A stretch of 64,000 nucleotides of DNA from Armatimonadota bacterium (GCA_037444405.1 JBBIML010000008.1:4225-68224); one strand, 5' to 3'. Numbered from the stretch's first letter, positions 10,786-21,283 are shown. Made by a program: numbers and translations. Notes: generated from the sequence alone by a model not told the origin.

Positions 10786-10802
10786 GTTAAGGAATGGTTA
10801 AG
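10786..10802 (-). promoter_or_regulatory. Putative Pho box upstream of pstS
   Basis: Minus strand CTTAACcattcCTTAAC: two CTTAAC units with an 11-nt period, 27-43 nt upstream of the pstS start. Confidence 0.7.
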
Positions 10803-10834
10803 CGCGGAGCGGATATAATCGAACAGGTGAGAGC

Positions 10835-12229
10835 ATGCGCGAGAATGAAGACCCGCTTTATGATGTGGTTGTCTTGGGTGCTGGTCTGGCAGGTTCGGTT
10901 GCAGCGTATCTTCTTCAGCGGTCGGGTTGCCGTGTGGTGCTGGTGGAGGCGCGTTCGCGGGTGGGTGGGCGCATCGCCACGCTTTACGACTGGGATGAGC
11001 GCCAGTATGCCGAGCTGGGACCGGAGTTCATCGATTCGAATCATTGGCGCGTGTTAGGCTATGCGCAGCAGTTCGGCATTCCCGTGCGGCGGCGCACGCG
11101 CTTCTGGGGGCTTAGCCCGCTGCCGCGTGGTGGTCGCATGGCATCGAGCGCGTGGAACCGTTTCTGGGAGGCGGTGGGGCGTGAGGCGAAGCGGCTCTCC
11201 AGCAAGCCGCGCCCGCTGACCCTCCTGCTACGCCGCCTCAAAGCCTTCGCGCTGATGGATCAGCTCAGCATGCGCGACTTCGCCGAGCAGCTGGGTGTGT
11301 GGGAGAGCGCGGCGCCCCAGCTCGTTCGCTACTGTCGCAATCTGGAGGCTGCCGAGCCGCACGAGGTCTCCATACTGAGCGTGATCGCGCAGGAGGCGTT
11401 TTATGGCGATGGCGTGGAGCAGGGCGCCTATCGGCTGGAGGGCGGCACGCAGCGGCTGGTGGAATCGCTGGTGAGCGCGTTTGAACAGACAGGCGGCATG
11501 CTGATGCTGAATACGGTTGCCGAAGCCGTTCAGCGGGGGCGTCGCGGCGTGCGCCTGTATGCTCATACCGACGGGCGTGCGATGTGCCTCGACGCCCGCT
11601 ATGCCGTTATCGCGCTGCCGTTCCCAATGGTGCCCCAGCTGGAGTTCCGCCCCTCCCTTCGACCCGAACGCCTCGACGCGCTCGCCCGGATCGGCAGAGG
11701 GCATGTGGTCAAGAACCTGCTGCAGTTCCGCACGCGATTCTGGCTTCACCAGCAGCCCCAGCGCGATCGGGCTGCCCGGCTGCCCATCACGCCCGACATC
11801 TCCGCCATCTGGGATGAGACCGATATTCTGCCGGGCGAAGCGGGCATCCTGTCGCTGTGGGTTGGGGGTGAGCCAGCCAGCCGATGGGCACGCTTCAGCG
11901 AAGCGGAGCGCCTCGAGCTGTGTCTGCAGGTGCTGGACGCGCTCTACCCGAACTGTCGCGCTCAGTTCATTCGCGGCGTCAGCATGCACTGGTCGCAGGA
12001 GCCGTTCAGTCAGGTCGGTTATCCGTTCCAGCCGCCGGGCTTGCTCACGGGCGGATTCCGCGAGCTGCTCAAGCCCGAGGGGCGGCTCTTTTTTGCGGGC
12101 GACTATCTGAGCCTGTTTGTGGGCTATATGGAGGGCGCATTAGAAAGCGGTGAGCGCGCTGCCTGTGCGATTCTCAAGCGGTTGGGAAGGTATAATCAGG
12201 AGCGTCGGGGCGTAGCGCAGCATGGTTAG
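10835..12229 (+). CDS. Flavin monoamine oxidase family FAD-dependent oxidoreductase
   Basis: VVVLGAGLAG, EARSRVGGRI, AELGPEFI, LFFAGDY...GYMEGALESG. Confidence 0.88.
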   Translation: MRENEDPLYDVVVLGAGLAGSVAAYLLQRSGCRVVLVEARSRVGGRIATLYDWDERQYAELGPEFIDSNHWRVLGYAQQFGIPVRRRTRFWGLSPLPRGGRMASSAWNRFWEAVGREAKRLSSKPRPLTLLLRRLKAFALMDQLSMRDFAEQLGVWESAAPQLVRYCRNLEAAEPHEVSILSVIAQEAFYGDGVEQGAYRLEGGTQRLVESLVSAFEQTGGMLMLNTVAEAVQRGRRGVRLYAHTDGRAMCLDARYAVIALPFPMVPQLEFRPSLRPERLDALARIGRGHVVKNLLQFRTRFWLHQQPQRDRAARLPITPDISAIWDETDILPGEAGILSLWVGGEPASRWARFSEAERLELCLQVLDALYPNCRAQFIRGVSMHWSQEPFSQVGYPFQPPGLLTGGFRELLKPEGRLFFAGDYLSLFVGYMEGALESGERAACAILKRLGRYNQERRGVAQHG

Positions 12230-12283
12230 CGCGCCTGCTTTGGGTGCAGGAGGTCCCCGGTTCGAATCCGGGCGCCCCGACCA
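12206..12283 (+). tRNA. tRNA-Pro(UGG)
   Basis: CGGGGCG acceptor stem, anticodon arm CCTGC-TT-TGG-GT-GCAGG, GTTCGAATC, CCA end. GGTATAAT at 12189-12196. Confidence 0.97.
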
Positions 12284-12287
12284 TTTT

Positions 12288-12857
12288 TTATCGGGTCAGC
12301 AGGCTTAAAAAGTAGCGGTGAACGCGCTCGTCATCGGTCAGCTCCGGGTGGAACGCCGTCGCCAGCAGCTTGCCCTGCTGAACCGCCACGATTTTGCCGT
12401 CAAACTCGCTCAGCACCTCCACATCGGCGCCCGCGCGGCTCACGATGGGCGCACGGATGAAAACCGCTCGCACAGGACGGTCGCCCAGCGGTTTGAAGGG
12501 CAGGTCGGCTTCGAAGCTTTCAATCTGACTGCCGAAGGCGTTGCGGATAACCTCAATATCCATCAGTCCCAGCCGTTCCTGCTGGCTGCCAGCAATCTCT
12601 TTTGCCAGCAGGATCATTCCAGCACAGGTGCCGTAGATGGGCATGCCCTGTTGTGCCCGCTCGCGGATGGCAATATCGAGTCCATAGCGTGCCATCAGCC
12701 GCCCGATGGTGGTGCTTTCGCCGCCAGGGATAATCAGCGCGTCGACGGGGTGGAGATCGGCGACCTTGCGCACCTCGCGCCAGTCGACGCCGATGCGCTC
12801 CAGCATCGCCGCGTGTTTCTCGAAATCGCCCTGCAACGCCAGTACACCGATGGTCAT
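12288..12857 (-). CDS. pdxT: PLP synthase glutaminase subunit
   Basis: GVLALQGDF, PGGEST, GTCAG, VFIRAP, TAFHPELT. Confidence 0.96.
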   Translation of the reverse strand: MTIGVLALQGDFEKHAAMLERIGVDWREVRKVADLHPVDALIIPGGESTTIGRLMARYGLDIAIRERAQQGMPIYGTCAGMILLAKEIAGSQQERLGLMDIEVIRNAFGSQIESFEADLPFKPLGDRPVRAVFIRAPIVSRAGADVEVLSEFDGKIVAVQQGKLLATAFHPELTDDERVHRYFLSLLTR

Positions 12858-12859
12858 TT

Positions 12860-13441
12860 TTATAGCCCCAGCCGTCGGACAGGACGAAATATTTCGCCCA
12901 CTGGCAGTTCGAAGCCGGGCAGCACCTGCTCGCCGGAGAGCGTGTCGCCCGGTCGTAGTACCTGTGTGGAGCCGTCAGCGCGATGCACCGTTACGGTTTG
13001 CGTGGCGGCGTCTATGTTCCAGACCAGTCGCACACCCGCCTGCAGCCACAGAGCGGTTTTTTGCTGGACGCGGTGTCGGCTCTCGCTGGGCGAGAGAACC
13101 TCCACCACCAGGTCGGGCGCGATGCTCCAGAACTCGTGGGGCAGTTCGGCAGGCAGGCGTTCGGCAGCAATAAAGGCGAGATCGGGCGCCAGCACCGATT
13201 CGGTGCCGTCAGGATGGCGCAGGGTGAAGCCGGTTTCCGCGCCGAACACCTCGCCCAGCGCGTGTTCCTCCACGAAGCGAGCGACGGGCAGAGTGATGCG
13301 GATCACCTGCATGCCGTGCAGGGGCGTCGCTGGCGACATCTCTTCAACCTCACCGTGAATCAGCTCGGCGCGGCGTTCGCCGTCGGCGTATTGGCGGGCG
13401 AACTCCGCCGCGCTCATCTTCTTCGCTCGGATAGCAGGCAT
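12860..13441 (-). CDS. Uma2 (DUF820) family endonuclease-like protein
   Basis: ELIHGEVEEMSP, APDLAF, PDLVVEVLSPS, LQAGVRLVWNID, LPGFELPV. Start moved to ATG 13441 (GGAG RBS). Confidence 0.9.
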   Translation of the reverse strand: MPAIRAKKMSAAEFARQYADGERRAELIHGEVEEMSPATPLHGMQVIRITLPVARFVEEHALGEVFGAETGFTLRHPDGTESVLAPDLAFIAAERLPAELPHEFWSIAPDLVVEVLSPSESRHRVQQKTALWLQAGVRLVWNIDAATQTVTVHRADGSTQVLRPGDTLSGEQVLPGFELPVGEIFRPVRRLGL

Positions 13442-13460
13442 AGTCTTCACGCTCCTGTAG

Positions 13461-14393
13461 CTACCAGCCGCGCACGGCAAGCAGCTCTTCTTCAGCCAGG
13501 CGGCGCACATCGATGCCGGGCATCGCCTCGCCCAGCCCTTTGGAGACCTCCGCGAGGATTTCTGGCTCGCGATAGTAGGTCACGGCGTCCACGATGGCGC
13601 GGGCGCGAGCGCGCGGGTTGGACGATTTGAAGATGCCCGACCCGACGAACACCGCCTCCGCACCGAGCCACATCATCAGCGCGGCGTCGGCAGGCGTCGC
13701 GATACCGCCCGCCGAGAAGTTCGGCACGGGCAGGCGACCCGTCTGGTGAATCTCCACCACGAGGTCGTAAGGCGCCTGCAGCTGTTTGGCGATGCTCATC
13801 AGCTCGTCTTCGGGCGCGCTTTTGATGCGGCGGATGTCGCGCATAATCGCGCGCATGTGGCGCACGGCTTCCACGATATTGCCTGTGCCCGCCTCGCCTT
13901 TGGTGCGGATCATGGCGGCACCTTCCCCGATTCGGCGCAGCGCCTCGCCCAGCTCCCGCGCTCCGCACACAAACGGCACGCGAAAGGCGTGCTTGTTGAT
14001 GTGGTGCTCCTCATCGGCGGGGGTCAGCACCTCGCTCTCGTCAATGAAGTCGACGCCGAGCGCTTCCAGAATCATCGCCTCGGCGAAGTGCCCGATTCGA
14101 CACTTCGCCATCACGGGGATGGTAACAGCCTGCTTGATTTCCAGAATCTTGAGCGGGTCTGCCATGCGGGCGACTCCGCCCTCGCGTCGGATGTCGGCGG
14201 GCACGCGCTCCAGCGCCATCACGGCGACGGCGCCCGCCTCCTCGGCAATCTGCGCCTGCTCGGCGTCGGTGACATCCATAATCACGCCACCGCGCAACAT
14301 CTCCGCCAGACCGACCTTCACGCGCCAGGTGGCTTTCTGCACCTCATAGCGGCTGACAGCTTCGCTTTGCAGGCTTCTGTCCAGCGTCTCCAT
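13461..14393 (-). CDS. pdxS: PLP synthase lyase subunit
   Basis: [47 protein letters not shown]. Confidence 0.97.
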   Translation of the reverse strand: METLDRSLQSEAVSRYEVQKATWRVKVGLAEMLRGGVIMDVTDAEQAQIAEEAGAVAVMALERVPADIRREGGVARMADPLKILEIKQAVTIPVMAKCRIGHFAEAMILEALGVDFIDESEVLTPADEEHHINKHAFRVPFVCGARELGEALRRIGEGAAMIRTKGEAGTGNIVEAVRHMRAIMRDIRRIKSAPEDELMSIAKQLQAPYDLVVEIHQTGRLPVPNFSAGGIATPADAALMMWLGAEAVFVGSGIFKSSNPRARARAIVDAVTYYREPEILAEVSKGLGEAMPGIDVRRLAEEELLAVRGW

Positions 14394-14473
14394 AGCAACG
14401 AGATTATACCTGAAGGGCAGGGGATTGCTCCATTCGGGATGTCGAATGTGCCATAATATATAGCGAGGCGACT

Positions 14474-16111
14474 ATGGCACTGGGAACGGCGCGGGAGCGG
14501 CTTGCGGGGTTGCGCGATGTGCTAACACGGCCGCTGGAGTGGGCGTCTGCGTTAACTGCGCGCATCAGCAGCTGGATGACGCAGGAGCGCTGGACGAACT
14601 TGCTCACCATCACGGCGGTGGTGCTGGCGAATCTGGTGATCCTGGGCTTTTTGCTGCAGGGTCAGGACAACCGCGCGATCCTGTTCACGATTCTGATGCT
14701 GCTGGCACCGCTGGCGTTTTTCGTCCCCGAATTGAGCGTAGTGATTTTTATCACAGCGGGTTCTGGGTTATTAGTCAACGCGCCATATTTTGTCGTTGGA
14801 CCTGGCATCGGCACGGGAAAACACACACTTATTCTGCTCTTTTTTGGGATTGTTTCTGCGCGTGCGATTTACGAATATATCCGCATTCCGCGTGGGGAGC
14901 GTCCCCGTATTTTTTCATGGTTCACTGTTCTATTATCGCTTTTTTGGGCTTACTACATATTTCATGTGGGCTATATTTACATTTTCATGCCAGAAAGGAC
15001 TGCGTATGACACTGTGGAGATCGTGCTGGGATATGCACGCCAAGGGATTGTTCGCTACTTTGATGCGCACATGCTCTGGATAGGTATTCTCCCTCTAATG
15101 ATTCTGCTACGGGATGTGCAGCGTGTGAAGCGTGTCGCGGTGGCACTTGGAATCGTGCTGACACTGGCGCTTCTCTCGATTCTCTGGGAGTATTTTGCGC
15201 CACTGCCATACTTCTGGAAGGTTCTGTTTCAGTTGAAAGCCGCTGGGGAGACCGAAGAGGGTTATCGTATCCGCGAACCTGCTGGGCTTTATATTGTTGT
15301 GATGGGTTTCTTTTTTGCGCTTTATTCATTGGGCTACTACCGTGGCTGGAAAGCGGCTGTTGCAGTCGTCTACCTCGCGTTAGCGTCATATGCAGTTCTG
15401 GCAACCAAAAATCGGGCGTTATGGGGGGGGATGATGGCTGTGATACCGCTGGTGCTGCTCTGGAAGCCGCCGCAGGCGCTGTTGCGTCAACTACAGATCG
15501 GTTTAATAGCGATTCTATTTGGGCTGGCGCTGATGTTGCATCCTGTAGTGAAGGGGGTGGTGAATCAAATCATTTCTGAGGCGGCTCAGCGATGGGAGCG
15601 CAACTACGCGTTTGGTGGTGACCCACGCAACGACCCATCCTATCAGACGCGGGTGCAGGAGCGTGAAGCGTGGGAGATACGCATGGAGCGATTAACGGGC
15701 TGGCAGCGCCTTTTCGGAGCCGGGCTTGAAGCCGATTATGGACGGTATGTTTCGCTCACTCAAGCGGGAATTCAGAACCCTCGCTTTAGAAATGTGTATA
15801 TTTTGAAAACTGAAATGCACTTTTCCTGGCTGATGCGTCAGCTCCATATCGGTTTGATCGGCGCTGGCTTGCTGGCACTGCTCCTGATAGGTTTCTTCAT
15901 CCGTGCAGTGCAGGCATTCTTTGGCTGTCATACTCCATGGGTGCGTTCACTGGTGATTGCAGTGGCAGCAGCGATGATTTCGGTGCTTGCTTTCGACATG
16001 ATACATTCCGATATACTGGATGACACGGCATCCCTGCCCGTGGTGCTGTCATGGTCGATGGTGGAGCTGGTATTTCACTGGAAGCGCACCTGCCAGATTG
16101 ATGCCGCCTGA
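14474..16111 (+). CDS. Multi-TM polysaccharide polymerase / O-antigen ligase-like membrane protein
   Basis: About 12 hydrophobic segments, a large late loop ending EMHFSWL...GLIG, next to glycosyltransferases. Confidence 0.6.
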   Translation: MALGTARERLAGLRDVLTRPLEWASALTARISSWMTQERWTNLLTITAVVLANLVILGFLLQGQDNRAILFTILMLLAPLAFFVPELSVVIFITAGSGLLVNAPYFVVGPGIGTGKHTLILLFFGIVSARAIYEYIRIPRGERPRIFSWFTVLLSLFWAYYIFHVGYIYIFMPERTAYDTVEIVLGYARQGIVRYFDAHMLWIGILPLMILLRDVQRVKRVAVALGIVLTLALLSILWEYFAPLPYFWKVLFQLKAAGETEEGYRIREPAGLYIVVMGFFFALYSLGYYRGWKAAVAVVYLALASYAVLATKNRALWGGMMAVIPLVLLWKPPQALLRQLQIGLIAILFGLALMLHPVVKGVVNQIISEAAQRWERNYAFGGDPRNDPSYQTRVQEREAWEIRMERLTGWQRLFGAGLEADYGRYVSLTQAGIQNPRFRNVYILKTEMHFSWLMRQLHIGLIGAGLLALLLIGFFIRAVQAFFGCHTPWVRSLVIAVAAAMISVLAFDMIHSDILDDTASLPVVLSWSMVELVFHWKRTCQIDAA

Positions 16112-16122
16112 TATCACCATCA

Positions 16123-17265
16123 ATGAGCCAGATTGAGAGGCACACGCTTTTCCAGGTTGTCGGTAGCCTTGCTGTAGCAGGGGCGGAGCGACTGGTTCTG
16201 AATCTGCTCCTGCACCATGACCGCAGCCGATATCATCCCATTTGTGTCTGTCTGCAAGACCCGAAGGGTTCTTACTATGAAGAAAGGCTCAGAGCGGCAG
16301 GAATAGAGGTTCATTTTTTGGGTAAAGGGTCAAAGGCAAGCTGGAGTGCTTTCAGGAAGCTGGACGCGCTTTTTAGGCAATATCGTCCTGCGATTGTACA
16401 CACGCACCTGATAGCACTCAGCTACGCCTATTTTCCCATGATGCGATATCGCACTCCGGTGCGCGTTCACACAGTGCATAACTTGGCTCACAAGGAGATT
16501 GGTGTGCGCGTTGCGCGGTTCGTACGGCTGCTGGCTTTTCGGTATCGGATTGGCGGCGTGGTGCCTGTTGCAATTGCGGAGGAGGTGCGTAAAACGATTC
16601 AACAAGTTTACGGCTACCCCGATCCACCGCTCATTCCCAACGGGATTTCCACTGATGAGTATGCACCCGACCCTGTAGGCCGTGCTTGCTGGCGTGCGGA
16701 AAATGTTATCGAACCCGACGCGATAGTCATCACTGTTGTAGGGCGCCTCACGGAACAAAAAAACCATGCGCTTCTATTGAGGGCTTTTGCTCGCTTGCAT
16801 TCTATCCAACCATTGCGCCTACTGGTTGTTGGCGATGGTGAATTGAGACAGCAGCTGGAGCAGCAAGCAGCAGAATCAGGAATTTCGGCAAAAGTACGCT
16901 TTCTGGGCCTGCGCGCGGATGTGCCCGCCATCTTGAATGCATCGGACATTTTTGTGCTTCCATCACGCTGGGAGGGCAATCCGCTATCTGTGCAGGAGGC
17001 GATGGCGAGTGGGCTGCCTGTGGTCGCCACAACCGTGGGAGGTGTGCCCGAACTGGTCGAGAATGGCGTCAGTGGACTGCTGGTGCCCAGCGAGGATGAA
17101 GCGGCTCTTGCAAACGCCCTGCAAACCCTGATCGACCACCCCCATCTACGCCAGCAGATGGGCGAGGCGGCACTGATACGCGCCCGCCAGCGCTTCGATA
17201 TCCGCATCACGGTTCAGCAATATGAACAGCTCTACGAGACCCTGCTGACCAGAAGCCGCTCATGA
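16123..17265 (+). CDS. Glycosyltransferase family 4
   Basis: GGAE-like N-terminus, SRWEGNPLSVQEAMASGLPVV, GGVPELV. Confidence 0.92.
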   Translation: MSQIERHTLFQVVGSLAVAGAERLVLNLLLHHDRSRYHPICVCLQDPKGSYYEERLRAAGIEVHFLGKGSKASWSAFRKLDALFRQYRPAIVHTHLIALSYAYFPMMRYRTPVRVHTVHNLAHKEIGVRVARFVRLLAFRYRIGGVVPVAIAEEVRKTIQQVYGYPDPPLIPNGISTDEYAPDPVGRACWRAENVIEPDAIVITVVGRLTEQKNHALLLRAFARLHSIQPLRLLVVGDGELRQQLEQQAAESGISAKVRFLGLRADVPAILNASDIFVLPSRWEGNPLSVQEAMASGLPVVATTVGGVPELVENGVSGLLVPSEDEAALANALQTLIDHPHLRQQMGEAALIRARQRFDIRITVQQYEQLYETLLTRSRS

Positions 17266-18486
17266 GTTCGCAAGGTGCGCAGTATCTCCAGAGGGCATGT
17301 CTCTATCGCTTTGCTCGATAGTCTTTGGTGGATGCTTCCAGCAGAGGCGCCTGTTGTGCAAAATGCTTTGATACAGAGCTTCATAGGCGCGTACTGTGTG
17401 GCGCATGTCGAAGCGTTCCACCGCGCGCTGGCGTGCTGATGCGCTCATTCGGTGACGCTGCCTCTCATCGCGAATCAGGAGCCGCATGGCAGCGGTTAGC
17501 TCCTGCAGGTTTTCACTGGGGATTAATATCCCTGAGACGCCATCTTCCACCAGTTCTGGAATCCCTCCAACTCTGCTGGCAATCACAGGCAACCCCGCTG
17601 CCATTGCCTCCATAACAGATAAGGGATTCCCTTCCCAAAGAGACGGAAACACAAAAACATCCGCGGCACAAAGTAGGTGGGGGATATCATGGCGTACGCC
17701 CAGAAACTGAACGCGATGCCCGATGCCCAATTGCTGCACCTTTTCCTGGATTGCTCCCCGTAGCTCGCCTTCGCCCACAAGCCACAGGGAAATAGGAACC
17801 TGCTCCTGCATACAAAGAGTGGCAAACGCCCCGACGAGCAGTTCATGGTTTTTGACAGGCGCAAATCGCCCCACATGAATAAAAACGATGGTGCGATCGC
17901 CCGCTCCAAGCATGCGACGAATCTCTATGCGTTGCTTTAAATCGCAGCTGAAATCTTCTGTGGGGATGCCATTCGGAATAATTACAGGAGACGGGCGCCC
18001 ATAAATCGTCTGAAAGGTTCGCGCAACCTCTTCGGAGATGGCTACAGGTACAAAGGAGCCAACTCGATACTTGAAAGCAAGGATCCGCACCCAGCGATTG
18101 GAACCCGATCCGATTTCTTCGTGAGAAACACTATGTATGGTGTGAACTCGCACAGGAGTTCGATGTTTGATACTTAAAAAATAGGCATATCGAATACCGC
18201 TCAGATGTGTGTGTACAATCGATGGATTGTATTTATTAAACAAATAATTAAGGTTTTTGTTGTGAATCCATCGAAGGGGTTTATTGCTAACTTCCAGAAA
18301 ATAGAGAGGCACACCCATTTGCTTCACAGCGGTTTCCAGATGTGTCCCGAGCGGAGATCGCAGGCAGATGCAGACAGGGAAGTAGCGCGATCGATCATGA
18401 TAGCGCAACATGTTCACTACGAACTGTTCCGCCCCGCCTACCGTGAGAGAATTGACTATATGGAACACGACCAGCTGCTGACCCAC
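17260..18486 (-). CDS. Glycosyltransferase family 4
   Basis: VGGAEQF, SLWEGNPLSVMEAMAAGLPVI. Start reassigned to GTG 18486, 6 nt after TGTGGTATAAT. Confidence 0.9.
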   Translation of the reverse strand: MGQQLVVFHIVNSLTVGGAEQFVVNMLRYHDRSRYFPVCICLRSPLGTHLETAVKQMGVPLYFLEVSNKPLRWIHNKNLNYLFNKYNPSIVHTHLSGIRYAYFLSIKHRTPVRVHTIHSVSHEEIGSGSNRWVRILAFKYRVGSFVPVAISEEVARTFQTIYGRPSPVIIPNGIPTEDFSCDLKQRIEIRRMLGAGDRTIVFIHVGRFAPVKNHELLVGAFATLCMQEQVPISLWLVGEGELRGAIQEKVQQLGIGHRVQFLGVRHDIPHLLCAADVFVFPSLWEGNPLSVMEAMAAGLPVIASRVGGIPELVEDGVSGILIPSENLQELTAAMRLLIRDERQRHRMSASARQRAVERFDMRHTVRAYEALYQSILHNRRLCWKHPPKTIEQSDRDMPSGDTAHLANS

Positions 18487-18573
18487 AAAGGGATTATACC
18501 ACAGTGAGGAAGGCATCCTGCCAGAAACGATCGCGATAAAAACCCCCTTTGTGCCATAATAGATATCCAGAAC

Positions 18574-20046
18574 ATGGAGCAAATAAGGTCTGAAGAGCCA
18601 CTTCGCAAGCGTGTTATCGCAGGGGGAGCCTATTTAATGTTACGGCGCGGTGTTTCTGCAGCGCTGAGCCTGGTAGGCGCTATCTTCTTAACACGGCTTG
18701 TTGGTCCAGAAAACTACGGGCTTTTTACTGCAGCACTTGGTATCTATACATATGTGCAATCGCTGGGCATTATGGGGGTTAATGTCTATCTCGTTCGCGA
18801 CCAGCGGGGCAAGGATTTGGATATTTTTCATCTGGCGTTCTGGTGGTTTTTGATCTATGGTGTTTTTCTTACATTAATTTGCTGTGCTATAGTTGTACTC
18901 GCTGGGCATGTTTGGGTGCGTACAGAAGGATTTATAGCTGTTTCGATGCTTATGCTGGCAAGTGTTCCGTTTATCTTGATCGCTTGTGTGCCCCAATCAA
19001 TAGCAGAGAAAAACTTAGATTATCGTAAAGTAGCATTTGTTGAGATCTTTTCGCAACTTCTGTACTACGCTGTGGCTATTCCCCTGGCCTGGTTGGGGAA
19101 TGGTGTATGGGCGCTTGTTGCCGGTTTCTGGCTCAGCCAACTGGCACTCGCTTTGGGATACTTTGCTTCTGTACGATATGTTCCGCGCTGGTATTTTAGC
19201 ACGGGTGATCTCAAGCACATGCTAAGTTATGGCTTCTCTCAGGCGCTTTCAGTGTGGGTATATCATTTACGCAGTTTGACCCCGGCATTCCTGCTGCTGC
19301 CAATAGCGGGCAAAGAAGCCGCTGGCTACTTTGCTCTGGCAAATCGGTTGCTCACAATCCTCAGTTTTGCTTACGAAACGGTAAACCGCCTCGCTGTACC
19401 TACCTTTTCTCGCGTTCAAGACAGTACACAGCGGCTGCTGAGAGCCATTACCGAAGCCATTCAGATGCAGGTGCTGATTGTCGGAGTAACGTTTATCGGC
19501 TTTGGCACAATCGCCCCTTTGTTAATGCCCATTGTATTAGGAGATAAGTGGAATACAGGATATTTGTTATTTGTATATTCCATTTTAGGAATCAGGGTAA
19601 TATTTGCGTCGATCTTTTCCATTCAGGGTTGGGCGCTGGTGGTCAAGAAGCGCAACTGGCTGGTCTTCGGTGCGAACGCTTCTGGAGCAGTGGCGCTGAT
19701 TGCTTTAGGATACATAGCCTCTTATTTCTTTAATCAAAAAAACTACCTGATTGCATTCTGCATCTCAGATATTCTCTCGTACATACCCGTTTTTGTGATC
19801 CAGCATTATGGGGTTCGTAAGCATCTTGGAAAGGTGGACTACCGTATTGCCTTTTTGTGGACAATGGCAGTAATCAGCGGTATGCTGGCGCTGTTTACAG
19901 CATGGTGGCTTTTTCTGGTTGCCATAGCCTTGCTGATGCATCCCGCCAGCTTGAAGCAGATAGGCGAATTATATCAGGCAATTAAGGCTTCCTTCTCCAA
20001 GAGAGATGCCCCGAGCGGATTGTCAGGCAGTCCCAAGCAAGAGTGA
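18574..20046 (+). CDS. Oligosaccharide flippase (Wzx-like)
   Basis: LTRLVGPENYG, KNLDYRKVAFVEI, GYFALANRL, many TM segments. Confidence 0.85.
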   Translation: MEQIRSEEPLRKRVIAGGAYLMLRRGVSAALSLVGAIFLTRLVGPENYGLFTAALGIYTYVQSLGIMGVNVYLVRDQRGKDLDIFHLAFWWFLIYGVFLTLICCAIVVLAGHVWVRTEGFIAVSMLMLASVPFILIACVPQSIAEKNLDYRKVAFVEIFSQLLYYAVAIPLAWLGNGVWALVAGFWLSQLALALGYFASVRYVPRWYFSTGDLKHMLSYGFSQALSVWVYHLRSLTPAFLLLPIAGKEAAGYFALANRLLTILSFAYETVNRLAVPTFSRVQDSTQRLLRAITEAIQMQVLIVGVTFIGFGTIAPLLMPIVLGDKWNTGYLLFVYSILGIRVIFASIFSIQGWALVVKKRNWLVFGANASGAVALIALGYIASYFFNQKNYLIAFCISDILSYIPVFVIQHYGVRKHLGKVDYRIAFLWTMAVISGMLALFTAWWLFLVAIALLMHPASLKQIGELYQAIKASFSKRDAPSGLSGSPKQE

Positions 20047-20116
20047 TGGCGGATCCGCTCTAAGGTAGACTTTCAAAATGCTCGATTATACACCACTTCA
20101 GGTACACTTGGGGGTA

Positions 20117-21283
20117 ATGCACGGCGAGGCTCAGCCCCTTTTTCAGATCGTGCCCAGTCTGGTGGTCGGCGGTGCGGAGCGGCTGGTGGTGAACCTGTTG
20201 CTGCACCTGAACCGTCAGCGCTATGCGCCAGTGGCGATTTGCCTGGAAAAGCCGCTGGGCACGCATTATGAGACGGCGCTGCAGCAGGCGGGCATTCCGC
20301 TCTATTTTCTGGGCAAGGGCAGTGGGGCTAACGCGCGCGTTTATCGTCAGCTGCAGGCGCTGTTTCGCCAGTATCGCCCCACCGTCGTGCACACGCACAT
20401 TATCGGGCTGAACTATGCCTATCCCCTGATGCTGCTTTATCGCACGCCCGCGTGTGTGCATACGATTCACAGCCTGGCGCCAAAAGAGATGGGGGTTCGG
20501 GTGGGCAAGTGGGTGCGGTTGCTGGCGTTCCGCTATCGCATCGGGCGCGTCGTGCCGGTTGCTGTGGCAGCGGGGGTTCAGCGAACCATAGAACAGCTTT
20601 ACGGCTATCGGGATGCGCCCCTGATACCCAACGGCATCCCCACCGATGAGTACGCGCCCGATATGGAACGGCGTCTGCGCTGGCGAGCCGAGCAGGGGTT
20701 GGAACCGCACGCGATGGTCATCACCACAGTGGGGCGGCTGGTGGCGCTCAAGAACCATGCGCTGCTAATGCGCGCTTTTGCCCAGCTGCGGGCACCCGTG
20801 CCTCTCTATCTGCTGATTGTGGGCACGGGCGAACAGGAGGTTGCCATCCGCCAGCAGGTCGAGGCGTTGCGGCTCTCGGAGCGGGTTCGCCTGCTGGGAC
20901 AGCGTTCCGATGTGCCCGATATTCTGAACGCTTCGGACATCTTTGTGCTTTCCTCGCGGGTGGAGGGCAACCCGCTGTCGGTGCAGGAGGCGATGGCGAG
21001 CGGGCTGCCTGTGGTCGCGACGGCGGTAGGGGGTGTGCCCGAACTGGTTGAGGATGGCATCAGTGGACTACTGGTGCCCTCCGAGGATGAATCGGCACTG
21101 ACCCATGCGCTGCAGACGCTCATCGATCAGCCTGAGCGACGGCAACAGATGGGCATCGCGGCGCGCCAGCGTGCAGTTGCCCACTTCGACATCCGCCACA
21201 CAGTGCGCCGCTACGAAGCCCTGTATGAAGCCCTGCTTCAGGGCGGTCGCCTCACATCACCAGCAGGTGCCTCCCAGCACTGA
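20117..21283 (+). CDS. Glycosyltransferase family 4
   Basis: VVGGAERL, SSRVEGNPLSVQEAMASGLPVV. Start moved to ATG 20117. Confidence 0.92.
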   Translation: MHGEAQPLFQIVPSLVVGGAERLVVNLLLHLNRQRYAPVAICLEKPLGTHYETALQQAGIPLYFLGKGSGANARVYRQLQALFRQYRPTVVHTHIIGLNYAYPLMLLYRTPACVHTIHSLAPKEMGVRVGKWVRLLAFRYRIGRVVPVAVAAGVQRTIEQLYGYRDAPLIPNGIPTDEYAPDMERRLRWRAEQGLEPHAMVITTVGRLVALKNHALLMRAFAQLRAPVPLYLLIVGTGEQEVAIRQQVEALRLSERVRLLGQRSDVPDILNASDIFVLSSRVEGNPLSVQEAMASGLPVVATAVGGVPELVEDGISGLLVPSEDESALTHALQTLIDQPERRQQMGIAARQRAVAHFDIRHTVRRYEALYEALLQGGRLTSPAGASQH

